64,000 nt of DNA from Lepidodermella squamata (Eukaryota > Animalia > Gastrotricha): the NCBI GenBank assembly GCA_047495785.1, contig JBLDXI010000017.1:2666001-2730000 (forward strand), given 5' to 3'. Numbering within the stretch: position 1 is the first letter of the stretch; each line of letters opens with the position of its first letter. The notes under the pieces are model-generated. The model did not search any database. It had not been told where the DNA came from and worked only from the letters and a program-made list of their open reading frames with translations. The position numbers and the translations under genes are program-made. Positions 14,519 through 27,040 of this stretch are shown in pieces.

Positions 14519-15370
14519 TCATGAACGAAAGCCTTTTAAACAATGAGAAAAAGTAAAATATACAAACGATGAGTCACGCTTTTCAACTTCGGCTTCTTTT
14601 TCGGAGCTTAAAACCCAAGGCGCAGATTGCACATTCGGTGACATTGGAATGATGCCGGAAGTTTCCAGGATAGACGATGAGAAGAACGGCTCGTTTTGAG
14701 GAAGAGGGCTCAAAGGGCAAAATCCTGAACAATCAATGCTTCTTGGGGGCAGCTGAGGATTTAAATTTATCCTCAAATGATGACCTTTGGGAGACACAAT
14801 AACTCGCCGGTCGATTCTAAACAAGCGGTCAACACCTTTCAAGGTTGACTCGTTAACTCGAATTAGGACCCAGATATTACTGGGCGGTAAGTCGAAAGCT
14901 TTACTCAATTTAGGAAAATTTTCAACAAGTTGCACAGGGAATCCAGATGGGTCGCTGACATCGCGCCAATCGTTAGCTGAACTTGCCGGGTCGTAACCAT
15001 TTGGTAATTCGATGGTAACCGTCAGTTTCGGGGTGAATAGCGTTCCGCCAAAAACCAAAACAACTTCACTTACAATGCTGGAACAAATTGAGGCTGACAA
15101 GCCACCAAACATTTCGTCAGCAGACGATATGAATTTGGTTACTCGTTTCCCGAACTCCGAATTCTAATAATAGAACTTTTAATCAACATACTCCCCAGCC
15201 CCATAAAAACTCACATTAGTAAACTTTTTCCGCATGTCTTCGTAGCCATGAGGAATATGGCCGTTAACATAGATCAAATATTTTATGAGAATTTCAATGT
15301 GCTGGGCTAAAATTCGTCCATCTTTGGCAAGCTGATCGATCTCAAGCGTAACGACTTCATTCTGAGCCAT
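14519..15370 (-). CDS. MAD2L1BP: p31comet / MAD2L1-binding HORMA-domain protein
   Basis: Two exons (15215-15370, 14519-15163; 51-bp intron). Motifs LIKYLIYVNGHIP, VVLVFGGTLFTPK and C-terminal LKGFR match the p31comet family. Confidence 0.75.
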
Positions 15371-16211
15371 TAACTCAAATGCTAATAAATGACCCTAGCT
15401 AACAATAATTATAAAGAACATTAAAATTGCGAAAGTTCATCACTCATAGAGTAAGGTCACAGCAATAGCAATAGAGAAGTCAGGCTCTAGACCAAAGTAA
15501 TGTTTTGGCAGAGTGAATAGATTCAAAATACCGAGTGTAAGGGGTGAATATCAAAAGAAAGTCAAGGCATCTTAAGAGTTGAGTCTCTTCGTTAGATTGT
15601 GGAAAAATATGACAGTGAACATTTCAGCTCCAGGAGTAGGAAAAGCCAGCGGAACGACATCGATCATCGATTTATGTGATGGTTCCTGCGATCAATCCGA
15701 TCGATCAGAGGAGTATGGCCACCTACCTTTACGCCCTTAAGCCTTGAGTGGTGGCTACGGGCGTATCCGTGTCAGCAGCTCGAAATGGAAAGCCGCGTCG
15801 AATCAGCGGAAAGACGATACGCTCAAAGCTCAAAGGCGAGAGCAGCGAAGGACGATCGCGCACGAACCCAGATGAGCTACTCGCGAACGAACCCGCCAAA
15901 AATTCAAAATTCAAAAAATTTAAATGTACAAATATTATCAAGTTAATAGCATTACTCAATATTTTAAAGTTAGTTTAAATTAGTTTCGAGATCTATTTTC
16001 TGGTAATTTCACTCGATTTGCGATTTGCGAAGTTCGAAAAGGCCCGGCAAAAAATATGCCTCCCGCTCAATATTCAAGACAGTTTATGATGGCAAACTGA
16101 TTGTTCACAATCTACTGAAGACATATAGCATAATATTTTCGTAACTTGCTGTCTTGTTGCTTGGAAAATCGCGATTCTATTTTCAAAGAACCCATCTACA
16201 TTCGCTTTAAA

Positions 16212-16766
16212 ATGGCTTGGGCGTCCACTGCTACCGGTATTGGAATATTTGTTGCTATTGGCCTGACCCTGGGAATACTGTCCATGACTGGTGTCTACAA
16301 AGGAAATGCTTATCCAGCTCTTACTACCACAATGCCGATGCCGCCTATGATAATTTCTCGTAGCTATCGAGATGTCACGCGATTCCCCTTGTACGGAACT
16401 ACCATCACTACTCCTCCTCCAATGCTTGCTGGGGTACCCACTGTTCCACGCCGCAAGGTTCGCAAGCAGTCTATTGAGAGTTTGAAGCGTGCATGGCGTG
16501 GCTTAGTTGGAATATTCATATCCGTTATTATCGTCGTCTCGCTGATTGGCGCTGCAGGCGTGACTCTATTCATTCGCACTTCCAAACGCAAAGTGTATTC
16601 TTATTCATTTTACTTCGAAGACAGTCCGCTGTCTTCTACGGTGAAAGATGCCATGAATGTCGAACAACTCCCGGCTGGCGTACCCAAATTTTTTGTTACA
16701 TATGCTGACGTTCATGCTTTCAATAGCACAAATCTTCGCGAGCTCTCCAAAGTCCAAAACGTGTAA
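16212..16766 (+). CDS. Orphan membrane protein (184 aa)
   Basis: Intronless ORF from ATG 16212 with an N-terminal hydrophobic segment, a Thr/Pro-rich region, a second TM-like segment (GLVGIFISVIIVVSLIGAAGVTLFI) and a basic stop-transfer RTSKRK. Confidence 0.6.
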   Translation: MAWASTATGIGIFVAIGLTLGILSMTGVYKGNAYPALTTTMPMPPMIISRSYRDVTRFPLYGTTITTPPPMLAGVPTVPRRKVRKQSIESLKRAWRGLVGIFISVIIVVSLIGAAGVTLFIRTSKRKVYSYSFYFEDSPLSSTVKDAMNVEQLPAGVPKFFVTYADVHAFNSTNLRELSKVQNV

Positions 16767-16980
16767 CTGGTTAAATATCTTGTCAAAATAACATTGCTCA
16801 TCCGCCTGATCTAAGTCATTCACAACTTCATGCCTTTCATATAATTTATATTGCATCATCTGGCTTTGTTTTTCTCAAATGGAATCATTCATAATTATAA
16901 ATGTTGTGATGCAAGAAATTATCTCTGCAATATCTTGTTACTTACATTGTTATAATTATCCATAGACATTGTTATACAAC

Positions 16981-18406
16981 ATGGATGAAATCGGCCTTTC
17001 CCCTCCTGAATATACCGTAAGAACCATATAATAAGCAGCTTACCTATTTTATTTCCGTCTTATTGAACCAGGAGACCGAGCCATCGCAGCCGTCTCAGGA
17101 AGGCAGACCTGTGACAGCTCCCGTTCTGCCCAAGCTGGACATGGGATTGGATGCAGAGGATCTGTATGTCAAGTTCAAGCGGTTGAAGAAACAATTGGAA
17201 TTCCTCCAGGTTCAAGAGGAGTATATTAAGGATGAGCAACGAAGTCTCAAGAAGGAATACATGCATGCCCAAGAAGAAGTGAAGCGGATTCAAAGTGTCC
17301 CATTGGTTATCGGTCAATTTTTGGAAGCTGTTGACCAAAATACAGCCATCGTTGCTTCCACGACCGGCTCCAACTACTATGTTAGAATTCTATCGACCAT
17401 TGATCGTGAACTTCTCAAGCCTAACGCCAGCGTTGCCCTTCATAAGCACAGTAACGCCTTGGTCGACGTTTTACCCCCAGAATCTGATTCTTCAATTCAA
17501 ATGTTGAGATCAGGTAAGAAATTGAACTATGTCGGTAAAGCTATTTATTAATAATTTGACGTAGATGAAAAGCCGGATGTCAGTTATGCTGACATTGGTG
17601 GTTATGACATGCAGAAGCAGGAGGTCAGGGAAGCAGTTGAGTTGCCGCTCACACATTTCGAACTTTACAAGCAAATCGGCATTGACCCACCTCGAGGTGT
17701 TCTGCTTTTCGGCCCGCCAGGATGCGGCAAAACCATGTTGGCGAAAGCCGTAGCGCGTCACACTACTGCTACATTCATTCGTGTTGTCGGCTCTGAGTTC
17801 GTTCAGAAGTATCTCGGTGAAGGCCCCCGCATGGTTCGTGACGTTTTCCGCCTTGCTCGCGAGAACTCTCCTGCTATTGTGTTCATCGATGAAATCGACG
17901 CTATTGCCACGAAGCGTTTTGATGCTCAAACCGGCGGTAAATTCTGTGCCCATGGCTTTTTTGTTTTATTTAAACGATTTATTTGTTTAGCTGATCGTGA
18001 AGTGCAGCGAATTCTGCTTGAGTTGCTTAACCAGATGGACGGTTTTGATCAGGCAACTAATATTAAGGTTATTATGGCTACCAATCGAGCTGACACTCTT
18101 GACCCTGCTCTGTTGCGTCCTGGTCGTCTTGATCGTAAAATCGAGTTCCCACTGCCAGATCGTCGCCAAAAGCGTTTGATTTTGCAAACCATCACGGGCA
18201 AGATGAATCTTTCGGACGAAATCGATCTCGAGGACTTTGTCGCTCGTCCGGACAAAATTTCCGGTGCTGACATCAACTCAATCTGCCAGGAAGCTGGTAT
18301 GCTTGCCGTTCGTGAGAACCGCTACTTAGTGCTGGTCAAGGACTTCGAGAAAGCCTACAAGAACGTTATCAAGAAGGACACTCAAGAGCACGAATTTTAC
18401 AGATGA
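16981..18406 (+). CDS. PSMC4: 26S proteasome AAA-ATPase subunit Rpt3 (regulatory subunit 6B)
   Basis: MDEIG start; EEYIKDEQ...[22 protein letters not shown]; Walker A GPPGCGKT; Walker B FIDEID; C-terminal EFYR. Introns 17017-17071, 17514-17564, 17937-17990. Confidence 0.97.
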
Positions 18407-18741
18407 ACTTGATCGGTTTGAGCCTTTCTGGATTCGCACAGCGAAGCCTCCTATCCTAGCTGTTATGAAGCTGTTCTGCTTTGATAATTCATTCACGTTT
18501 AATGTAAATAAAATAAATAGGTAGATAAAATGATGGAAATGCAGTTCAAAGCTGGCTAATAAAATAATTATTAAACAATCTGTCCTGAGACACAACATTT
18601 TCGCTAGTATAAGGCTACATGTATGACATGTGTTTGCTTATATTGTGATGAAATCGCTTGTAAAAAAAGGAAAAAACAAAGCAAAGTAAAAACGTTGAAT
18701 AAGAACCCTATTTTTATTTTCGTAGGGGTGGTTGGCAAATA

Positions 18742-19841
18742 ATGAGGCCATTTTATATTGTTGTGTTTTTTGTTTGTTGGGTCGATTCGGTATCCGGTTC
18801 TTACGGCGATCGACTCGAAATTTACCAGCGCTGTAACCGCGACTGCTACGCATCGGAATGTCATGGTACTCAAGATGGGTATGTAGAATTGCTAAACATT
18901 CTTCTGTTGCTAATTGAAATAATTCAGATTTCTGCCCCATTACCCGACTATATATCGCCTGCTTCAATGGGGCTGTATTGACGAATGCAAATACAAATGC
19001 ATGTGGAAGACTGTTGATGAGCTGGCCAACATATCGAACACCCCTCAGAAAGTTCCTCAGTTCCACGGGAAATGGCCGTTTATACGCTTATACGGCATTC
19101 AAGAACCCGCGTCATGTTTTTTCTCCGTCGCCAACGCCGTTGCTCACTTGATGATGATTATCTACTTTGTTCGCTACGCCAATCACCAATATGACCTGTT
19201 TTATCCGATCATCGCAGCGGCTCTGATCAATATCCACGGCTGGATGTGGTCTTCAGTGTTCCACGCGAGAGATTTGCCTTTCACCGAGAAAATGGACTAC
19301 TACTGTGCTCTGAGCATAGTAATGTTCAACTTTGTACTAGCAGCTTTAAGGTTCAGTTGAATCTCTAAAATTTGTTTTGAATTTTGAATTTAATTTTTTT
19401 TTCAGAATTATTGGCTTCAATGGTCTGAAATTGGGTGGTATTTTAGCTCCGCTGCTGGCTTTTTACGCTCGGCATATTTATTTGATGAACCAACATTTCG
19501 ATTATGGCTACAACATGCAAGTCAATATAACCTGGGTCATCCTCGGCGCCGTTCTGTGGCTATCGTTCTCTCTGCACGCATACTTTGTCCGCAAGCAGAG
19601 TCATGCCCGGTTATGTGTCCTAGTCTGGGCGCTTCTGTCGGCTGCTGGCATGCTCGAATTGTTCGATTTCCCGCCCATTGCATGGATTTTAGACGCGCAT
19701 GCCCTTTGGCACGCGGCTACGGTTCCAATGACTTTTGTTTGGTACTATTTTCTACTACAGGACAGCTTTGTTTACACTCCGGATTCGAAATTGGTCGACG
19801 ATGAAACGCAAGGCGAGTCAAGCTCGAAGAAAGTCGATTGA
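18742..19841 (+). CDS. PGAP3: Post-GPI attachment to proteins factor 3 (Per1 family)
   Basis: Signal peptide then SYGD; WGCIDECKYKCMW; QFHGKWPF; QEPAS; FHARD; EKMDY; FDYGYNM; LELFDFPP; DAHALWH. Introns 18879-18927 and ~19351-19405. Confidence 0.95.
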
Positions 19842-20821
19842 CAGCCTGATTTGTTTTCATTTTTGTTTTTTTTTTTCAATTGTTTTACGATTTTAACGGA
19901 TTTGATCCATCCTTTTTTACTGCTTTCTTGTTGAGGTTGTTACGGTTTTATTTAAATTTATCCAAAGACTGATCTTCTAGCTTGTCTTAAAACTTACGAC
20001 CATAAAAATAAACTGACTTGACGGTGGTTTTTACTTGGTGTTTGACTGATGATTTTTTCAAAGTAAATCTTGGAATTCAAAACATGCCCTCAGGCCAGTG
20101 GGGAGGAGGGAGAGGCGACGAATAGGAGATCCTGATAACGGAAATTTTCAGATAATTCGATACGGCAAATATGTGCACTTGAGGGTATTTCGATTGGGTA
20201 AACGCAAATAAAACAAAAAAGCTTGAGCGGTAACCATCCGGCATTTTTTACGTTCGACTTATTAGCTCTTGTCTGCAAAAGGTTATTCGTGGTATTTTCG
20301 CATTTTTCGGTGGCAATTTTCAGGGAAAATATAAGCATGATTATCAGCGAAAACGCATGGGTTAACGCCTTAATTTTGAGCCATATCCCAGGTAATTTTA
20401 TTGGAAATCCTAAATCGAATCGAAACGAAAAGAAAGCTTGTAAGGCCAAGCTGCATGGAAAGTACAACACATGGGTTTTTTTCAGAACCAAAATAAACAA
20501 TTGTTTCACTCCAGAGTGACAATAACAACAAACTTGAGCAATTTGAGCTGCCAAGATATATTTTATTTATTTGACAGTTAATAACATGTTGCGCTATATG
20601 CTGCGCGGTCAGCAGTTGGCTGACAAATAGTGCGCAAATAACAGCCGCTGCAAACACGTGGCCCATCTTTTTGCGGCACATTTTATGATGATGATGACGC
20701 TCGAGGTAGGCACGCTCGACCAAAGGGCGCAACGACTCGTGGCGTTAAACGTGTTCAGCTAAATTAACTCCACATTTCTGCTACAACTCTCAACAAACAG
20801 AACAAGAGGCAACTATTTTAA

Positions 20822-23800
20822 ATGTCAGGAATAAGTTGCCCCTCGTTCGCTGCTGTTTCATTGCTTGTTGGCTCGATTTTTCAGCAATCAATAGGGGTAT
20901 GAGTATTAATATTTTCCCGGGATTACAATTGATCTATCATCTATTATCGATCATTAAGCTTCAACTCGAGACGCCTTGCGTTGTACCTAATGTTACGAAT
21001 GGAGTTTTGATAGTTATTGGCACAACCGCCGACGATATGGGAGAATCTGCTCCGTCTACTGTTGTTTCCGGCACAGAACTGGTTCTTTTCTGCGACGAGG
21101 GTTACGCTCCAGTAAACAAGACGATTTCAAGATTTCTTTGTCAAGCTAATCAAAATTGGACGAATCGCGAGGAAATTGCTTGTATGTATTTCTTTTACGA
21201 TAAATTACTTCCAATTTAAAAATAATCAAAAGGTGAACTTTTTTCGCCCGAATTTGCGAGTAACAAGTCCAAATGCGCGATGCCACATGTTGAAAATGCT
21301 ACTCTGTCAAGTTATTCTCGAAACGGACGTCTCTCAACAAGACTTGCGGCTGTCGATTCGGGTACGCGAATTCGAGTTGCGTGCAACGATCCTACTTTCG
21401 AGCTGTCTGGGGGCTCCAGCGAAATCATCTGCCAGGACAATGGGACGTGGTCTGATAGCATAGCGACTTGCCGGAGTATTCAAGAGCGAGAAGCAGTATC
21501 TGTCAAGGTGATGGCTATATCAAGTAATTCCTTTCCAACTGACTTCTTGTTAATGTAATTTTGAATTTTTTTAGCGACAGCTAATGCAACAGATGAGGAC
21601 GATACGGCTGAAAATAATGTTGTCTTGGCGGAAAGTGCTGACGAGCTTGGCTTCTTTCTAAGCGATAAACCAGGTTAGTAATTTTGAGGATCCCAAAGAT
21701 TCCTAAGCTCAAATCGCATTTCAAGCTCTCTGTTACTAATTTTTTAGGTTTTTTGAATATATCTTCAAATTGAGATTGACTTTATATATTTTCGCAGAAA
21801 TGCAAACAACCGAAATTTTTGAATTGACAACCCAGACCCCGCAAAACATGAGCGAGGCAACCTCCCCTGAAGCAACGTTGGAAATTTCGACTACAGCTAA
21901 CTATAGTACGAGTACGTCTCACGCAGCTAACATGACGGTGAATCTAACGAGCACGCAGAGTTTGGAGAAATCAAACGTCACTGAAGCTACAACAAGCACT
22001 TTGTCAACTATTAAGCCGGTTGTAGCTGTTTCTTATCGGAAAGTACCCGGCACGAGTCGGAATTATTCACTGGTGAAAACCTTCCTTATGGCTAGTGAAG
22101 ACCTTATCCCAGCGGATGATTCGAAAGAAGCGCTGCAATTGGCAGTAAATGAACTGTCTACGGAACCGCCGTATGTTAAGGAAGCTGAATCAGCGACACC
22201 CGAACCTGAATTCGAAGGTTCTGGAGGTGAGGAGGATGACTCAGACGATGCAGACGATGCAGAACCAAACAAAAATATACGTCCGATGAATGCTTCCTCT
22301 TTGCAAATCGAAGATTTGTTTAGGTCAATCAGTTCTAGAAACTTGGAGAAGGTTAGACGGCTAACAAATAGAAGCCGCGCCTTCCTCGAGCCAAAGAACG
22401 ATAAGGGCGAAACACCACTACACGTGGCGGTCCAAACTGGCTTTCTGCCTATTGTTGAATGCCTTCTAAATCGCGGCGCTTCGGTTGATGCAAAGGATTC
22501 CAAAGGCCAAACGGCGCTGATCTTGGCGGCTCGATCAGGCCTCGCTCTTGTCGCTGAGAGTTTAATTTACGCTGGATGTCCTCTGGGGGAGAAAGACCTT
22601 GAGCTCAATAGGACGGCTTTGATTTGGGCGCTAATAAATGGCCATCTAGATATCGTGAAGCTGCTAGTTGAAAACAAAGCCGAATTCTTGCAGCCTATTA
22701 CCTTCGATTTAGATCTGCCTATTCACATAGCCGCGGCATTGGGAAAAGCCGATATCGTCGACTTCTTACTCGAGCGGAACAAAACGATGCAAATTTCGGC
22801 GCGAAACAGTAAAGGCGAGACACCGTTGATGGTCGCCGCTTGGAATGGAAAGTTGAACGTGGTCGGGCGGTTGTTGCTGAAACACAAGAGTGAAATCGAC
22901 GTTAAATCGGAAAATGACAACATGACTGCCCTACATAAAGCAATTGTGAACGACAAGTTGGCAGTGGTGAAATTCCTGAGCCGGAACGGCGCTAATGTTT
23001 CTCTGCTTACAACTAATCGGAGGAACTCTTTGCATCTCGCGGTCGATGAAAAAATGCCTCGAATCGCGAAATATCTGGCCTTTTTTGAGCCTAAATTGTT
23101 GGGAACAACCAACGGCAATGGCAACGCCCCATTGTACTTGGCCGCAGCAAGTGGGCAGTTAGATTTAGTGAGATTCTTTCTTGATCGCGGAGCACTAGTC
23201 AACCAAGCTAATGCACTTGGGCGAAGGGCGATCCACGCAGCAGCGGCAAATGGCTATATATCTATTGTTAAAGTTCTCGCGGAAAAAGTGCGATCCAGCA
23301 TCTGGTCCCAATCAGGCCCAGAAGACAATGGTGATATGGCTATCCATCTTGCTGCGCGCAACAGCCATTTCAAGGTGATCAAAACAATAATTGAGCTGGA
23401 CGATCGGCAAGTCAGTGCGGAGAACATGCATAGCCTGATGCCACTGCAATTGTCGATTTTGGCCCGCGATGTTGTCTCTGCTTGCTATTTGGTCGATATG
23501 GCAGCTGACAAGGACGTGCCGGACACCGAGGGTCGAACGCCGCTTGAAGCTGCTTCTCTCTACGGCTTGATAGACGTCGTGAAATGCTTGGTTGATGCGA
23601 AAGCCAACATCAGCAATTCTAGGGCTCTACACTTTGCTGGTGAGTCGTGATTTAATTTTGGGTCAGCCTTTTTAATAATTTTCTTTCAAACAGCCGAGAA
23701 GGGACACGTCGATATAATCAAGTATCTGGTCACTAACGTTAGCATTGATATGCTCGAGCAGCGAGATTCTGTTGGTTCGACGCCCTTGATCTCTGCTGTT

Positions 23801-24336
23801 GTTGCACGACGCTTCGACTCCGTGAAAGCCCTTGTTGAACTCGGCGCCGCTCTGGAATCGGCAACTCATGTCAGCCGAAAAACTCCCCTATGGCTAGCTT
23901 CGTCGCTTGGAGATGTCGCTATCGTCGACTACTTGGTAACACGGGGCGCAAATAAAGAATCAGTTGGCGAGTACGGTAGAACGCCTCTTTTAGCCGCGGC
24001 AGGTAATACTTGTCTATATTGGCTAAGCTTTCGAATTTTAATTTCATTTGATCTTTAGCATCCGGTCAACTGGCTGTGACGAGATATCTTATCGAACATG
24101 GCGCCAACTGGCAAGCTACCAGTGGCGAAATCGATGGATTCAACACAGCGCTTCATTTGGCGGCGGCTTTCGGCGAGACGGATGTTGCGCAGTACCTGTC
24201 AGAGACAAAGCCGGAATTGACTGAAGCTTTGAACAAGCGCGGCTACACTCCTGACCAGTTGGCGCAAAAACTTTGGAACAGCAACATCTTGAAAGCGTCT
24301 TCGATCAACGTTCGTACTGGAAAATTTAAATCTTGA
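20822..24336 (+). CDS. Putatively secreted sushi/CCP x2 - mucin-like stalk - ankyrin-repeat protein (gene C)
   Basis: Leader MSGISCPSFAAVSLLVGSIFQQSIG. Two sushi domains (C..NG..CDEGY..C.ANQNW..C and C..N..C.DNGTW..C), a Ser/Thr-rich stalk with many NxS/T sites, EGSGGEEDD, then ~18 ankyrin repeats to stop 24336. No TM segment seen. Confidence 0.85.
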
Positions 24337-26904
24337 GCTGCGGTTAGCAGCGATGGGCGAAATTTCACAATCAAAGAATCTTTGTTATGCTTGTAAAAAT
24401 TGTTCATACTTTCCATTTTTGTCGCCTTCAGACCACAGCTCAACATGTAACTAGTTGTTTTATACCCAAAAGATAGCTATCAATTGGAAATATTGAAAGT
24501 AATAAACGTGCTCTATTGTTGCAGCTTGGCAAGTACGAAATTATCATTGATTTTAACTGCTTTCGCGAAATGGCGGAAATCTGGCGGAAATCTGGATCTA
24601 AAAGCGAATAATGCTTGCAATCATGTATGATCGAAAACTCACGGAAATATAAGCTCAGGCTATTCGGCCCTTTATATATTCCGTTATTATTTCAGCAATT
24701 CCCAAACATTCATATATCAAAAACTGAAGCATAAATACATTGAGATGATGCGCATTATAATGCTTCCGGTCCATGCTGTTCGAAACCTCCAAACTGGGCT
24801 ATACCTACTATTTCGAAATTCGACAAGTCAAACAGTTACAGTGGGTTCAGTTTCATCCGTTGCTGCCCAACTTAGATTGGATACAGATCGAAGTCATGCC
24901 AGCAAGCCGTAAATTTACATTTTGAATGTAACACTGCCACGATTGGGCAGTCAATATATTCGCGATTTTTTACTTATTTTCCAGGGATTATTCCTCATTT
25001 CTAGAGGATTCTAGAGGAAAGAGAAGCATCCATGAATAAAGTACCTTCATATATAATCGGCTAGCCCACAGAGATGAAGGATCACAGAAATGATGTGCAT
25101 TATTATCTAAGAAAAAATTATCTAATATTATAAATGACCCGTTTTGAGACAAAGAAGTTGTGATGCTGAACCAGGCGAAGTTTGCATAAAACGAGAAGGC
25201 GCCACTTTGACAAAGTGTGCTTACAAAAACTTGATGATCGTAATATGGAAACAAAATTTATTGGAGGTAAATATGATCTACTGGTTCATGTGCATTACCT
25301 AATTTTGACAGATCCCTCACCATGAATTTCCTAATTTTTATTTTGCTGCTGCCTGCCTCACAAGTTCTTGGCTATCAGACAGCAGTGAAGCTACGACGAG
25401 TAAAATACTTTTTCTCTTCTTTGCCATTATTTAGAAGGTTCTGCTCATTATTTCTAGCATCATCAGCAGCATTTCAGCGAGTGTCTAATGCCGCAATTGA
25501 AAAATGGCGTCGTTATTGTTTTGACTGGATCGATAGATGAAGCCTATGTGACACCTCAAGCCGTCAAGCCTGGCACTGAAATAACCATCGAATGCGACGA
25601 TGGACATACCGAGCCGATAACTGCAGCCAATTTGTTCGTCTGTGAGGAGACTGGGCAGTGGTCTGACGCCGATAGCATTTTCTGTTCGTCATTTACAACA
25701 ATGGAGAATATTTTTACGTTCTGCTTTCAACACAGGTTCACCTAGCAATAAAGTTCAGAGGCTTAATTCAAGGCCTCGGCGCTTCTTGTTCTTGCTTCGC
25801 CACGTCTTCTCTCATAATTTTGAGACAACAACGCCGGCGTTTGTGCCGGATGAAGAATTTCCAGACGAGAGTATTGATTACTTTGATGAGTCATCAAGCT
25901 CTGAGCTGGAGACGAAGTTTTTTGAAGCTATTAAAAGGAGCGATCAGCGAGAAGCCAACGCAATTTTTAGCGAATTCAACGGAGTGGTCAAAGCTCGAAA
26001 TAGACTCAATCAATCAACCTTAATGGCCGCAATTGCCGTAGGCTCTGAAGATATGGTGGAATTTCTTCTCAACCTGGGCGTAAACGTTGAACGCAATTCT
26101 TCTTTAATAGAGGCAGGTATGTGAGCAACTCCTATCCTCTTAGCAAATCTTTTACCTGACCAACCTAAATAAATGATTTTGATCTCTCCGATTGATTAAC
26201 ATTTCCTTTTGCATTTGTAGCCAAGCATGGAAATCCTGGAATCGTTGAAATGCTCATCTACGCCAAGTCTAAGCTTCAAGTTTCCGAGAATGGGCGAACG
26301 CCGTTACACTGGGCCGCAGCATTGGGTCATACTGCCGTAGCTGATTTGCTTGTTGAACACGGTGCCAATGTTCGAGCTCAAATGGGTCAAACGGATGACG
26401 AGGGTACAGCGGTTCACGCTGCCATCTCGAATGGTCACGTCGAGACACTTTGCCATCTGCTCGACAAGAAGCCATTTTTAGTTGAATCGGTGAATAAGTT
26501 TGCCGAAACACCGCTAATGTTGGCCTCGCTACTAGGTCACCTGAATATTGTCGGGAAGTTGGTAAAAAGGTACAAAGCTTCGATCGAAGCTAAAACTCCT
26601 TACGGCAAAACCGCTCTTTTGGCTGCTGTTAATACCGATCAGCTGGCAGTTGTCAAGTTTCTGGTATCAAAAGGCGCCAATTTGACAGCCAAGACCAACA
26701 AAAACATAACAGCACTCCACTTAGCGGTTGAGAATCGCCTCTTTTACATGGCGCAGTATTTGCTTCGAGTTGCTCCACAGCTGCTAAATGAAAAGAATCA
26801 CAATAACAGAACTGCCTTCTTCCTCTTCCGTCTCATTCTTCCTATTCTTCCCTCTCTATCTTCCTATTCTTCCTTCTTCCACTCTTCTTCCTTCTCTCTT
26901 CCTT

Positions 26905-26934
26905 AGCGCCGCGCAGGCCTCTGCGCGCGGCGCT
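26905..26934. repeat. GC-rich subterminal hairpin
   Basis: AGCGCCGCGC-aggcctctgc-GCGCGGCGCT: a perfect 10-bp stem embedded in a TC-rich tract ~85 bp from the left junction. Confidence 0.85.
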
Positions 26935-27040
26935 CTTCCTTTTCTTCCTTTTATAGACGAATTCTGGCGTTTCGAGTCGCTGACGAGCCAATCACAAAGC
27001 GACACATTTCAGTTTGAAAATTATTAAGGCGCATTTTTTA
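26932..27040 (-). promoter_or_regulatory. Outward-facing CCAAT/TATA-like module, copy 1
   Basis: Minus strand reads TAAAAAATGCGC...TGATTGGCTCGTCAGCGACTCGAAA...CTATAAAAGGA...AGGAAGAGC. Promoter function is inferred. Confidence 0.55.

Noticed and set aside
15743-16070. Possible small TIR element (TTGAGTGGTGGC / GCCTCCCGCTCAA)
   Set aside because: The inverted match is too short and imperfect, and there is no TSD.
20085-20760. Intergenic ORFs and possible repeat element
   Set aside because: No recognisable protein motifs and no convincing termini.
26966-27003. Hammerhead ribozyme (CTGACGA near CGTTTCG)
   Set aside because: The core motifs are on opposite strands and the stems cannot be formed; the sequence is better explained as the CCAAT module.
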